A stretch of DNA of 61,616 bases, counting the filler, from Choristocarpus tenellus KU-1152 (taxonomy: Eukaryota; Protista; Phaeophyceae): the NCBI GenBank assembly GCA_964200185.2. It is 10 parts of 10 records of this genome, joined end to end, with 100 filler letters (N's around TTAATTAATTAA, not from the genome) between each part and the next. Parts side by side here need not be neighbours in the genome. Positions count along the whole stretch, not along the records: positions 25,043 to 28,199 come from CAXNAD020021893.1; positions 28,300 to 32,055 come from CAXNAD020018123.1; positions 32,156 to 37,248 come from CAXNAD020011902.1; positions 37,349 to 40,825 come from CAXNAD020019768.1; 6 more parts are not named here. One strand, 5' to 3'. Of this stretch, positions 26,316 to 39,850 are shown piece by piece (position 1 is the stretch's first letter; the number at the start of each line of letters is the position of its first letter). A program made the position numbers and the translations under genes. Under the pieces are notes generated by a model. The model did not search any database, was not told the DNA's origin, and saw only the letters and a list, made by a program, of their open reading frames with translations.

Positions 26316-26337
26316 TGACAGTATATTCTTTTTGGTT

Positions 26338-26438
26338 TATACTATTGTAGTACTTACAGACAGGGCTTGTACTATTGTAGTACTTAAAGATAGGGCTTTG
26401 TACCATTGTAGTACTTACAGATAGGGCTTGTATTATTT
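26338..26438. repeat. ~29-30-bp minisatellite, ~3 copies
   Basis: TACTATTGTAGTACTTACAGATAGGGCTTG units. Confidence 0.85.
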
Positions 26439-27264
26439 CAGAACCTACGAGGATAGAGTGGAAGTTACGATTTCCTGCTCAAGCTGTGACAAGAAAGGGT
26501 ATCAAATTCCCATCCTTGATCAATCTCTTCAGCTGTTCCTGCGATGCAGGAAGACTTGGGGTGGGTGTACTTGATGCATGAGACAATATTCTACCGCCAT
26601 CTGAGAGGTTGTTGAGGTCCTGGTGTTCCCTTGTAACAGTTAGGATGGAGGGAGATGCATGGCAGGTTTCCAGTGATGGAAGCGTGTTAGCTGTCAGCGT
26701 GAGACCCCTAGTAGACGGGATGGATACTGGTGCTCTCTTCCCAACTCGTTAACGGATTTCTTTTTTTTTATCAGTGTGTGAGGGTTGGGGTTAGGGATAG
26801 GTGAATTTTTCTCACATCAGTCCACCATTTTCACTTCTCCCATGTTCCGCTTCAAATTTCATTTAGTTCTGATTATTAAAAATATATGTTTTTCTTCCTC
26901 ATTCCGATCTGTATTGGGATCCTCCTGGATCGGTTTTGATTGGCTAATTATTACAACTCGAACTAACGGCACCAAAACTGCTGCTACCATGGAGCTCAAC
27001 CTTCTCATACCATACGCTAGTCTGTCTGCAATGCTTGCAATGTCGAAATAGTCTCAGAATCATCCAGGTATACATTTGGACAAAGAACCAGTCACACACT
27101 TACCAAGTAGGATTAACTCAATTAGAAGGATAGGGCCTAACTTTGAACCTGACAGAACCATCTATATCTCTTTCCCCTCCAAGGTTACCTTACACTAAGT
27201 TTGTTCACAGGTAGGGGGATGTGGGAACCAGCTTATCAAATTTGAGCCTTCCTTTCCACATATT

Positions 27265-28117
27265 GACCCAAAGCATTGAGAGGGTAGGAATTTTGCCCTC
27301 TTTGTCTGTTCGGGGCTCGGCTTCCCACAGGTTTCTTATGCCCTTTTTTTTGGTTTTCTGTGTGAAAAATTCGGATTTCGGAGTAGATAAAATGTATAGG
27401 AGTATGAAAGGTATGTCCGGAGCAAGGATATTGACACTGAGTGAAAGCATCTTAGAGGGTACGAGTATTGCCCTGTTTGTTCATTTGGGACTTGGCTTCC
27501 CACGGGTTTTTTAATTATATTTTCCTACTCCAGAACGTTTCGGAGTAGGTTAAATGTATATACGTTATGAAAAAGGTGTGTCCGGAACAAGGATATCGAC
27601 ACTTGCTAACAAACACGATATAGCCAAATATTGACACTTCCTAACAAACACGATATAGCCAAGATTACATCAAAATCGCGACATTAAACTTTCGCCTCCA
27701 AGCGGACACAGCTCTACCCCTCAAAGATACTTTGACTCACTTGCTAAGAAACACGCTACCCAAAATTCATAAAAAAAAATCGCAACACTGGATTTATGGC
27801 CCCGAACGGACGCAGCCCTATCCTCTTGAAGAGTGGCATTATCTTAGAGGGTACGAGTTTTGCCCTGTTTGTCCATTTGGGGCTTGGCTTCCCACAGGTT
27901 TTTTAATGACATTTTAACTACTCCGAAATCCGATCCGTTCCGGAGTAGGTAAAATGTGTACGTTATGAAAAAGGTGTGTCAGGAACAAGGATATTGACAC
28001 TTCCTAACAAACACGTTAGTCAAAATTACATCAAAATCCCAACATTGGATTTTGGCCCCCAAGCGGACGGGGCTCTACCCTAACCCTAAGATACTTTGAC
28101 TCTGAATGCATTGGTTC
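27265..28117 (+). mobile_element. Old MITE-A copy with two younger copies nested inside (27439-27738, 27831-28102)
   Basis: Outer TSD ATT; inner TSDs ACT and TGAA; outer body resumes after each insert. Confidence 0.9.
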
Positions 28118-29403
28118 ATTCATTTCTTTTCCCACACTACTGATAACTTCCTCTTTTCTGAATTTCAGGTATGCAAAAAGGGCCAGAGTATCTTGGGGGN
28201 NNNNNNNNNNNNNNNNNNNNNNNNNNNNNNNNNNNNNNNNNNNTTAATTAATTAANNNNNNNNNNNNNNNNNNNNNNNNNNNNNNNNNNNNNNNNNNNNC
28301 TGGGGGGGGTGGTGGTTAGTGAGGGGGTGTCCGTTTCGGCCCGGACGAGTTGCTCTGAAATGATAGAAATTCCTGTCTTCAGTCGTGGACGCCCCCCAGA
28401 TACTTTGACCCAGTCAGTGTCCTTTTTTGATGTATTTTGGAATAACATGCCTTTATGACCTACACTTGGTGTTTGAGTGGGTGTAGACTATGTCATTGTG
28501 GATCAGGGAGGTTGCTGTTGGGTTCATAGTTTGGAGCTGGGATGGTTGCCCTCGTTTCGATTGGCTGTGGAAGAGGGGTCATTTGTTGTGAAAATCTCGA
28601 CATGTGCTGAAGATAATGGTATGGAGTACGAGATTCTTCTGCGTCTTGCTAGTTCTAGCAAGGTGTCTGCCCATTGCTCTGTGGTCCGATCAACACAAAG
28701 AGGGTAGGAATAAGGATTGGGACATGTCAGTAAGAGTGATAGATGATAGTGGCAGAACGTACTAAGCACGATGATTTCCAGGTTGCAATCGGGCCAATAA
28801 AAACATGCGTATGAGGACACATAGACACAAGCTCATCAGGAATATATGAAGGACTAATATACGGAGATTGAAGATATTCATTGTAGTTCTGAATCAGTCA
28901 TGATGGATGTTGAGTTCTGAAGAGACTAACCGAAATATACTTTCATGTAGTGTCACCTGCAGTGTAATGCAATTTGTAAGATTGCTGTTCATTCTATGGC
29001 TTAGTTACCCTTGGTTCTGTTTGCTAATTATCCCCACCAACGCTTTGCAGATTATAGTGGGAGGAGAAACACCAAGTTGTAAGAACAAACAACAAACATG
29101 ACAGTAATAGATAATTGTCTTTATTTCTTTCAGGAATAAAGTACTTCGGATATATCAAGAAAAGTTGTAGGTGTTGTACTTCAAAACAAGAAAAAAACAA
29201 GACAGAGAAGACAGCTATAGCTGAAACTAACTGGTTCTAAGTCGAAAGTTAGTCGATTTAGAGATCGTCCGACCTCTCCAGTACAACATGTCTGTCGAGG
29301 CATGTGTCTGATTGGCGACGTAGAGGGTAACTCACGATCAGGAATTGGCCGAGGTTGCTCCTCAAAGTCGTGTCTCTTTTCAGTATGGGGGCAGAGTGGG
29401 ACT

Positions 29404-29660
29404 GAGAGAAAGTATCTTAAAGGGTACATTTTTTGCCCTGTTTGTCCATTTGGGGCTTGGCTTCCCACAGATGTTTTATGACATTTTTCTACTCCGGTAT
29501 GTTTCGGAGTAAGTAAAATTTATACGTTATGAAAAGGTGTGTGCGGAACAAGGATATTGACACTTCCAAAAAACACGATAGTCAAAATTAGATCAAAATC
29601 GGAACATTGGATTTTGACCCCCAAATGGACGTGGCTCTACCCTCTAAGATATTTTGGCTC
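29404..29660 (+). mobile_element. MITE-A copy
   Basis: Both TIRs; no TSD match. Confidence 0.95.
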
Positions 29661-29929
29661 AGGCATGCAAAGTTTCAGATGGTAGGCTGTCGTGACTGTG
29701 GAGAATCACCAGTACAAGGTCAACCAAGTCGCATTTGATGGCGTTCAAAATCCTTGTGAAACTGTCAAAGCGAGTGGATATTGGGATGATCTCTATGACA
29801 AAGGCCCCCCGTCGATTAAGCGACCCCCACTCATCCCTCCATTGCCCATCGGTCCCAATTCTTCGACCCAGAGGTCTGTTCGAGGTCCAGACTCAAACAC
29901 TCTGACAAAGAACAGTGTGGTGGCACAAT

Positions 29930-30402
29930 GCCTTGAGGTGAGATGGTGCGAGACTTGGATACCTTGGGGGGTGGTGGCGGCCATCACAGAGGGGTTTGGA
30001 ATTTCCTAAATACATTTTCCGTCATCTGAAGGACTAGGAGAGTCAGATCGCATGGGGCGAAAGCATGAACCTTGTACGATGTTGCAAGGGGTGATGTGGC
30101 CGCTGTACAGGTATGCTCGACGTTGGGATATCCCAGTGGTACACCGCACACCCTTCCACAAATGCGCAGCCAAAGCTGGGGTCTCCCTTGCCTCGATGTG
30201 GGATCTGTGCAAGCGCGAGAAGGTGAAGAAGGTCAAGCGGTGGATTAAGCCAGTCCTCTAAGACTAGCAGAGAGCCAACAGGATGGGAATTGTCATCAGT
30301 CACACATACAGAAGGGGGGGGGGAGTGGGGCACTACTGGACGATCTATATGACTCGGTGCATGTGGATGAGAAGTGGTGCTATGTCCTCGAAGATGGGCA
30401 AG
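29930..30402 (+). mobile_element. Mariner-like (DD39D type) transposase fragment
   Basis: KVKRWIKPVL...R followed by DDLYDSVHVDEKWCY (HVDEKW signature at ~30357-30377). Confidence 0.8.
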
Positions 30403-31436
30403 TTGTTAGAAAATTAGTAAACCTCTGAGCAACCGAGCAGGTAGTCAGCGATTGCAAGCTGTTAGACTTGATGAGGTTTTGCGCGAGGGCTGTTATCCTT
30501 CTAATCAGTTATCACCTTCGGTGGAGCAGTTGCTAATGTGAGGTTATGTATCCTGGCTGCGTGTTTAGCCTTTTGAAGGACGTGTAGCCATAAAGTGGTA
30601 CCAGTAGCTTAGCCCTCTGGAGTAATCTTGCTTTTTTTCACTGTATTGCTACAAGAATCACACAACAATATATGTATCAAATGAAAGCTTATGACAAGAG
30701 CTTTAGAAGGTTCGTACAAACGTCGTTGAACGGGACCTGTGCCTCGATCAAGTAATGGCAAAAACAGGGAGGAACATCTCCAGCGCAATTTTAATGGTCA
30801 CAACTTCAAAAGGTACAAAAAGGAAGTGGTTGGCTGAACTCCCCGTAAAGCCTTGATGCGGGTTAGCCCGCTGCTAGAGTATGGCGCTGTGGCAATATCG
30901 AACAAAAAAGCAAGATTTGCGGACATCTTTTTTAGCGCCATTTGCAGACAGGCTATGAGCACACACACGGGTGACCCACAAAGCAGCTTGAACCACTAGG
31001 GTGAGACAAGGAGAGCAGGCAAGGCCACTCTACCCCCTGGATCTACCCTCAGCACCTTCTCTGTCGAGAGGTGAACGAAAAACAAGTACCGTCCATGTGA
31101 CTCTCAGTGCCATGTTAGGTGACGAAAAAGTGCGTGTGTTACAAGCGATATGTTGATGGCGGTTTCATAAACACCATTATGACCTTAAAGTACTATATTT
31201 GATATATTTGTGTTTGGGACGCTTTTCTTGCCTTGTATTGTTTGTGCTGATAGTTGTGAAGGGGGAGAGCCTTGCTATGACACTCCCTGTTTTGATAATA
31301 TTGAAAGACATTAGTCTTTATTTGCATGTATGTTCATAGTTCATAGGAAGGGTAAGCCTTTCCATGGCAGCACCCTACCTATGTGACTACTTATTTATTA
31401 ATTATTTATTATCATGCTCCCAATTGGTAAATCATT

Positions 31437-31695
31437 GAGTGAAAGTATCTCAAAGGGTACGAGTTTTGCCCTGTTTGTCCATTTGGGGCTTGACTTCTCG
31501 GGGGGTTTTTAATGATATTTTCCTACTCCAAAATGTTTCAGAGTAGGAAAAATGCATACGTTATGAAAAGGTGTGTCCAGAACAAGGATATTGACACTTC
31601 CCATCAAACAAAATAGTCAAAATTACATAAAAATCGCAACATTGGATTTTGACCCCCAAATGGATGTGGCCCTACCCTCGAAGATCCTTTGGCTC
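31437..31695 (+). mobile_element. MITE-A copy
   Basis: Both TIRs; flanks CATT/CAAA, no clean TSD. Confidence 0.95.
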
Positions 31696-33447
31696 CAAAA
31701 CGTTGCCAGTTCCTTTAATACAATGATATTGATGATACATATGAAGGGAATAGTCCAAGTGAGAGATCCAGTATATTTGACAACTTGTATATCAGGAGTC
31801 CTATACGTGCATCAGTGTCATCTAACGGGCTGTAGATTGGAGCTATACATCCTTTGGAGGTAAGCTTCTGGAGGGTGCTGTAACACATATACTGTGGCGC
31901 AGCAGCATAATCAAATCGCGAAATAAGTCACAGGGCCGCGATGCTGACGCTGAGAGAAGAGGCATAGAAAGCATTACCATACAAATGGCTCAAAGTATCT
32001 GGGAGGGGGTAGCGGCTGTCCAATTGGGGTCAATTTTTTCATGTCACGATTTTTGNNNNNNNNNNNNNNNNNNNNNNNNNNNNNNNNNNNNNNNNNNNNT
32101 TAATTAATTAANNNNNNNNNNNNNNNNNNNNNNNNNNNNNNNNNNNNNNNNNNNNGGGGTACAGGGGGGGTTCAAAGAAATATAATTTATTAACTGAACA
32201 TCATCAGGTACGCAGTACGCCTATTCAAAAACAAACCCAAAGGTTTAAAATAATAAAGTATAATTTATGTAAATACGCCTGCAAGGCAAGTAATCCACAT
32301 ATCTCTAGACCAACTTATCCCCTTATACCCCACCCCCATTTGCCCCCAACAAATATATTGTGGTCAAGTTGACCTAATCACCTGTCTACGAGGCACCATT
32401 ATCAAACACATTATAGACCTACCTTACTTTCCACAACAAAGAGAGTGTAACCACAGTATAACATCCAAAAGTTGACAATCGGCTGACTCATCACAGGCTG
32501 CTATTCAAAACTAAGCAAGCACCAACTAATTACCTCATTTCTCATTTATCCATTGGGTCCAGCAGGCCACACATGGACCACACGTTACACACATTCCTAA
32601 CTGAGTGACACAAAAACACTTATGGGGTAAAAAAGCTCCCTTCTGCTGATCAAGGTCACCTCCAGAGCCAAAAGGCTTTTGGAGTAATCTCATGCTTTGC
32701 TTTGCATTGTCCCTTGCAAAAACAAGAGTCATTGTTCACACAGAAGGCGTTTTTCCACACACACACCACTGCGCATTTCCACAAAGCACCCACCAATTCC
32801 ACATCCTAAATCATTCATGCATCCATAGACGAGACTGCATGCAAACCACGCCAATTATCTCCAAAAAACCCCGCTACCAAGAGACAAATCCAACCAAGGG
32901 ATTCAGATGCACCCCGATCATAGATAAGAGTCGCGCCACAACCCTCACCGCTTGTCAGCACCAGTAGCGACACTTCGCCCAGGCATTGTGGGGGGGAAAA
33001 GAAGAGTGGGGGCAGAGGGCATTGCCTCCAAAACACCAACCTCACAGACGTGGATCTAGGTTCAAGCAACAGAGACAAGATCACAAATCACACCATGATA
33101 CATATACATAGCGCGCTGCACCTTCCGCATGAAGTCGGTGCATTGCTTCCGAATGTCACTATGCATCCCAGGGTCACCATAGATCTGCACACTGATGGCC
33201 CGGAACAAGCAGTTGCCATCCCCCTCCTGCCTCCGCAACTCCCACCCCTTCGATCGGAGCTGCGACTGGCATTATAGGTCCAATAAATCGTGAACAAACA
33301 AACGCAAGACCAAGAGCAAGACCAGGATGAAATGGTGTCAAGGCAAGCAAGGCGCACACCAAGGAAGTACTATTGTACTCCAAGGACCGAGAGGGGCATT
33401 AGGAATCCCGTTCCCAACGGGCATGGGTCAACATATAGAGAGCACCA

Positions 33448-34500
33448 GTGTCATTTCAAACTCAGCTTGGTAACGCAAGGGAGAAAGTGGGGGTGGGGGA
33501 GGGGCAGGGGGGATTGTACGAGTTGATAAAGATAAAGGAGGCGAGATCTTGGAGAAACATCACTACCTCTCAGATGCTGTTAGAAGAACAAGACATTGAG
33601 GAGGTACTACACGCAAACTGTGGAGAATCTCTGATTCGCTACTTAACTGACGCTCAGAACAATCGCACCGTACTTGCTTTTCACACAATCCCCACAGCAG
33701 CAAAAAAATGGAGTGAAAAAAATAGAATTTTCGCACCCGGCACACTCCATCAAATGGTCCACTGTGGAGGTAAGACACATACCGCAGTGATCAAATCGAT
33801 GACATCATGGATCTCTTGGCATAAACGTCCAACCCACCCACACACCCACCCACACACCCCGAGAGAATTGAAAGCGTTCTATATTTGAAGGTGCTGTTGA
33901 GATGCAGTGTGTGACTAGAAGGGACAAGACAATTCTACATCATCTTGGGACACAAATTATTGTGGTGGTTCATTAAGGTGCCATGTTACCATAGACCAAA
34001 GGACATTCACTGTACCACAATTAGCAACTCCTTCGGAACAACCCCTCGAATCAACAAAGCTGGAGATACAAACAGTCACCATAGTGACAAGCAACTGAGG
34101 AGAGACTTCAAAGGGCATCACATTGACCACCCTGATAACCTTGTGCCCGCCCTTTCATTCGGGAACATTTAACACGATCGGCACAAGGCAGACCTGCACA
34201 TAACTACTTAAACCAGAGATTATCCTGGGTGTCTTTTTTAGGTAACACAAGAACGTTTCATCAAATCACTTCAGTCCACAGCTCAAGATAGCTCCACATG
34301 TCCTTCACAAAAGTAACTGCAACGCCTGCTCCACTATGACATCCATGGATTGTTGGCAGACTGGGGCTCAATGCTTCATGTGCCAAGCTATAAGAAGGAT
34401 GCAACACACCTCAAAGACACGTTCTACCTCTTCCTCTGTCTGCGGGCCTGCAGATCCTGCCATTGTCGCCACCAACCTAGGGTGGACACTCTGACCCTGG
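33448..34500 (+). mobile_element. Possible highly decayed Copia gag/protease relic
   Basis: Gag-like ORF 33448-33888 and LADWGSMLHV resembling the Copia protease WxxDSGxxxH motif; weak. Confidence 0.3.
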
Positions 34501-35544
34501 GACCCACCGTCCCGAGGCCCACCATCTACATATTTTGCAAGCTGCGGAAGGGTCGGTGGCGCCAATGAGCCCCTGGAAAAAAGGAAGTAGCAAAAAATAT
34601 AGGGGAGTGGGGAGTGGGAACAGACCATCACTCCCAAAAGGTCAGGGATGAGCAAGGCAGAGGATAGGCAAAGTCTGAAAACATTCCAATGGGTAAATAA
34701 TCAGGCAGAAAGATAGAATAACAGATAGCCACATAGTCGGCAAAGCTGTGGCCACTGGCTCAACTGCATGGGGCGCCTCAAAGACTCAAGACTTGGTGCT
34801 GGACCTCTATAAGGACAAAGAGCTGCATTGCTTGATAGGGTTTTCTATCTTCTGGACGACACCCTATATAGAACAGGAGGAAAATAGAGGACATAGAGAT
34901 CACAGCCGGCTCCCACGTCTTAGACCTAAATTCCTCCCTTCGCTATCCCCATCCACCCCTGAAGGACTGGAGGTGCAGAATAGGGTTCTTTGCCACCACT
35001 AGGTGCGACAGACCTTCTGGTTGGAAGGTTGTGGCAACATTGCTCTCCCACGAATGGTGTTCGCAGTCTTTGCCCTTCATGTAGATCAGGTTGCTGGGTC
35101 TGGGAGAGCTTCGTACTTCACAATATGTTCTTAATGTCAACTTGGAATTTACCAGACAAAAAATATACACATGAGGTCATCTATCCATGCATCGACATGG
35201 AAACACATCACAATGGTCCATGTAGGGCAACCTCAATGTGATTGTTCACTGGGCAAGGGGGGGTTACCTCAGGGGGTCCCAGCAACAGGATGTTCATCTC
35301 TACTTCAACTTCGACATAGGGTAAATCCAGGGTAAATTCAAATTTACCGCACTTCTTCCCCCTCCAAAAACAAGGGTGAAGTAAGGTCGAGTACTACGAT
35401 GATTGACTGCTGTGAACTACGCATGTTCAGATCGGGCGCGCCCCCCCTTCCCCTGCCACAAAAGATCATTAACACCTCAGGGCGATTTGTTGGCTCGAGA
35501 ATCGGGGTGCCTGTGGAGTATTTCCACAAACACTCCAAACCCTC

Positions 35545-35990
35545 ACATTGAGGCTGAGCTCGCGCCCCCCATACTTCGAGCCTTGGTATTTGCGAGCCCT
35601 CCTTTGGTCGGTGCATCTTGCTGTACGCCCTTTCCTTTACCCTCCTCATCACCCCCACACTCGCGAAATTGAGATGTCAGGGACGACGCTTTGTCATCTT
35701 CCTCCTGGTTCCTAGCTGGGGTGGAAACGGTGGAAACGGTGGATACGCGCTGTCTTCCATTTAATCCAGTAAAAATTCCCTCTCCTGAACCACTAGCGAC
35801 GGACTCCTCCGACTCCTGAGAACTCTGACATATTCCCTCAGGCTGGGTAGAGGGTGAAGCAGGCCTGGAATGAGGTACAGCAGGTCTAGGTATGCTGCTG
35901 AGATTGGCTGCATCAGAGGAGCTGGTCCCACCGCTCACTGATCCACCTTCATCCGCCTTCAGCTCTTCTGGTACCATTACCCTCATGGTA
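35545..35990 (-). CDS. Possible low-complexity Ser/Gly-rich exon of an unknown gene
   Basis: 147-aa open frame ending at a GTGAGG donor-like site; no recognisable domain. Confidence 0.3.
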
Positions 35991-37348
35991 ACGCCTTTTG
36001 TTGGTACAAGGACAAGTTTTTAGAGATCGAAACGGGCCTCAACAACACTACAATATGAGAGTTTTCCTCGGATTAATCTCCTGTCTGTAAGCAGGAGTTG
36101 TGTGAGCTCAAGTCAAAGAATTTATGAAGTATAGAGGAAGGTCCGTGTTTCTGGAACCCAGGTTTGTCGTCTTATCGATCGAAGTGGTAGAGGACGTGTT
36201 ACTGAACACCCATGACAACAGGAGAATGACTGATTTTTCTCTTTTTAATTTTTTTAATACATATCTTCTTTTTCTGGTTCATTTCTTCCACACTACTTCT
36301 ATTTTGGTACTGTCCCAGAACCAGACCCACACACCAAAAAATGTAAGATGTCAGATATGGTATGTTGTACATACATCCTTCGAACTACGAGCACTTTGCT
36401 GGGATGAGGTAGACAATGGGAAATAGGTAGAAGGGGGCAGGGGTGTTTAAGGGGTAAAGGGGTCTGAAAAGGGAAATGCTTGTTTGTTACGAAGATTGTG
36501 TCAGTAACGGCACAACTACTCGCATAATTAGTAACTGTTTTTGTATGCTCGATCTACGTCCCAAGAGGTCTACTACCTCCCTAGTCATGTAGCATGGAGA
36601 CGATGGAACAAAGGACTATAGCAAGCGCAGCGGATTGGCCAAGAAGTGTTGGACCTACACGTGGGAAACCTGGTCAGCAAATCTTCGTTGGGAATGTGGT
36701 CGACACGAGTAAGCATAGGATTCGACGACGGGGAAGAGGTGATCGTCGTCGAAGATCTATGGAACAGCTGAACCTAAGATGTGAAACGCAAGGCAAATAC
36801 GTAGCCAGTGCAAAGAGAGTAGGGAAGGATATAAAAGCTCCACTTGAGAGAATAAAACGTCCTAAACTTTGTGGAGTGCAGAAGGAGGATCGTTAGGAAG
36901 GAACGGCCCGCCACGCAGTAGAGAATCCGGAACAAGGAGATCACAATTACCACCTGGAATGTTTGCATAATGCCGATGAATGGTATGAAAGGATGATTCA
37001 TGCGGAGGTTCTACTGGTACGCGGTCTGAGTCTGTATGGGATGTGATATAATCGATCTCAAAGGCAAGGCAAAGTGGATAGCACCATTTTGCAAAAACAA
37101 TGGATAGGTTGCGCACTGCAGTGAAGGTAGGAATGGAATGTTGAGTCATAGGGTTCCATTGTCAGTAAAGCAGTTGACTGCCGGTGGCTCAAATTATCTG
37201 AGAGGGGGCGGCGGCTGTCCTTTTGGGGTCAATTTTTTCATATCACGANNNNNNNNNNNNNNNNNNNNNNNNNNNNNNNNNNNNNNNNNNNNTTAATTAA
37301 TTAANNNNNNNNNNNNNNNNNNNNNNNNNNNNNNNNNNNNNNNNNNNN

Positions 37349-37415
37349 CAAAATCGCAACATTGGATTGTGACCCCCAAATGGACGCTGCTCTACCCTCT
37401 AAGATACTTTGGCTC
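37349..37415 (+). mobile_element. MITE-A right end (contig start)
   Basis: Right TIR. Confidence 0.9.
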
Positions 37416-37487
37416 TGTTAAATGTAAAATGTACCTCTCCAAAATCTGTACTATTTGACTACCAGCTATATAACAACACTCCCTTCA

Positions 37488-37744
37488 GAGCCAAAGTATC
37501 TTAGAGGGTAGAGCCGCGTCCATTTGGGGTCCAAAATCCAGTATTGCAATTTCAATGTAATTTTGGCAACCGTGTTTGTTAGGAGGTGCCAACGTCCTTG
37601 TTCCAAACACCCCTTTTCATAACATCTACATTTTACCTACTCCGAAATATTATGGAGTAGGAAGTGTAATAAAAACCGCGAGGGAAGCCAACCCCCAAAT
37701 GGACAAACAGGGCAAAACTCGTGCCCTCTAAGATGCTTTCACTC
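37488..37744 (-). mobile_element. MITE-A copy
   Basis: Both TIRs; TSD TTCA/TTCA. Confidence 0.95.
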
Positions 37745-38435
37745 TTCAAGGTTAGAATTTGCAACGTTATGAGTACACTGATGCTATGCCTCCAACCTAG
37801 GTTAGCCCTACACTACAAGGCGAGGAGCTGGGAAAGGATCCCAAGAATCTGGCAGGCCCCTCCTTACCCATGTCCCTGGTGTTTAGCCTGACATATGTGC
37901 AAAATGTCAGAGGGCATCATAAATATATAACATTAAATCAGTATTACTGTAGCCATACAGAGTGCAATGGTAAGTCATGATCATGATCACATACAGCATT
38001 GAGCATTAAGCATGCGATGTGTATATATGAGGATACCTACTTCACTGGACAGGCCAACGTTCAGCACTAGTTGATTATACCAAACAGCATCTAGGAATCA
38101 CGGAAGGATTAATGTACGTTTTAACAAAGGGAGGATTACCTTGAGTCGTTTACACCTACACCTTCCCAACGCTTCTCTTTGCATGCTACCTGCATTAGCG
38201 ATGAAGCTGAACTTTGTCTTGGTTTACAGTGATGGGAAAAAGGCCTTCAACCAGGTTGACCTAGGCTCAAAGTATCTGGAAAGAGGCTAGTACTCCATGT
38301 GGAACTACTGGGGGAAGGCAAAGTTTGATGGGGCAGTGGGATTGCTGAAGAAGTTCCTGTATGGGATAGTCGAGGTGTCTCTCGGAAATGGAACTTTCTG
38401 CTGGTGGATGCTTTGTTGGAGCTGGGATTGTAACA

Positions 38436-38684
38436 GAGTGAAAGTATCTTAGAGGGTATAAGTTTTTCCCAGTCTGTTTATGTGGGGCTTGGCTTCCCAC
38501 TGGTTTTAAATTGCATTTTACCTACTCCAAAATGTTTCGGAGTAGGTAAAATGTATAGATTATGAAAAGGTTTGTCCGGAACAAGTATATTGACATCTCC
38601 TACAAACATGATAGCCAAAGTTACATCAAAATGGCAACATTGAATTTTTTCCCTCAAATAGAAGCGGCTAAGATACTTTGACTC
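38436..38684 (+). mobile_element. MITE-A copy
   Basis: TIRs (right one partly deleted); TSD ACA/ACA. Confidence 0.95.
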
Positions 38685-39145
38685 ACAGTCTGAGACAGAT
38701 CCATGCTCATTCAGATTGATTGTGGATTGTGCGATCGTGACTGTCCATGTGGATGACATGTTGAAGGCCAAGGAATGAGGGTCAGGCTATGCTGCTGGTA
38801 TCATTGAGGAACTGAAGAGATTTTCCTGGTGTGATGAACTTGTTGTGGTGACCATGTTCAAGGGCTGCAGGATCAGGAGAAACAGGAAGGCTGGGATACT
38901 TGTGGTGGACCAAGCTTGTACATAGGAGACCTAGCAGGAAATGCTAATGGTGTAGTGGTGTTTCGGGGATAATGTGTTGAGTGGTGGTCTAGAAAGTAGA
39001 AAACGGTTACACTGCCTATTGCTGAAGCTGATTATGTTGCGTTGTGCGAGGTGGGGAAAGGGGATATGTTCCTTAAGCGGGTGCATATGCGCATGCAACC
39101 ACTTCGGGAGGACTACTCCGTATAAGTGTATGAGGCAAATGGTGC

Positions 39146-39850
39146 ACATTTGTTACTAAAGTGTCCCATTTTGCCACATGCATAGCATTTTATCTGCTCC
39201 GACTGCGGTGCTGCATCTTGCTTTCCGATCATCAGAGTTCTGTGGTTCTCCCCTGGTGGGCACCTATCTCCATCTTCAACTGACAGAACCGGTTGGCAAT
39301 TCCCTGTTCCAACTCCGATCTGGATAAAGTAGTGACCCTCATAAGCAATATGTATCTCCCTAGTTTATACTCTTCTGGGAGTCCACCCAGAATGGCCTCG
39401 TTGAGTTCTTTGTCATAAATTCTCTGACCCATTGTAGTCAGTCTCTTAGCAAACCAACGCACCGTTACCATGGATGGTTTTGGCTCCTCCCCTATTCCAA
39501 GTCTGCTCGATCGGAACCTGTCCCTAACTCAGTGAATCTCTCATCAATGGTTCGTGGTTCACAATAATGGCTTTTCTTGGTGTCTCTTATTCCATTACAA
39601 TATCCAGGGCCGCTCCCTTCCACCTATTCAGAAGGGCCATCCGCCACCAGTTACAGATATCCCAATCATTTCCGCTCCCTCGACCTGCTCCTTCCTGGAG
39701 ATGGTCCAGCTCCCCGCAAAATGCACGAGATGTACCATTCACCTCTCTAAAAGTGTGAAAACGAGTTTTCCATGTAATCCATTCACCAACCTCTCCGTTC
39801 CACATGGGTACCTCCAACCTGTATGTTGAATACCTGCTCCTCTGCATGGC
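39146..39850 (-). mobile_element. Copia-type LTR retrotransposon gag relic
   Basis: PMWNGEVGEWITWKTRF; ELNEAILGGLPEEY; CCHC knuckle CYACGKMGHFSNKC at 39187-39146. Confidence 0.85.
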
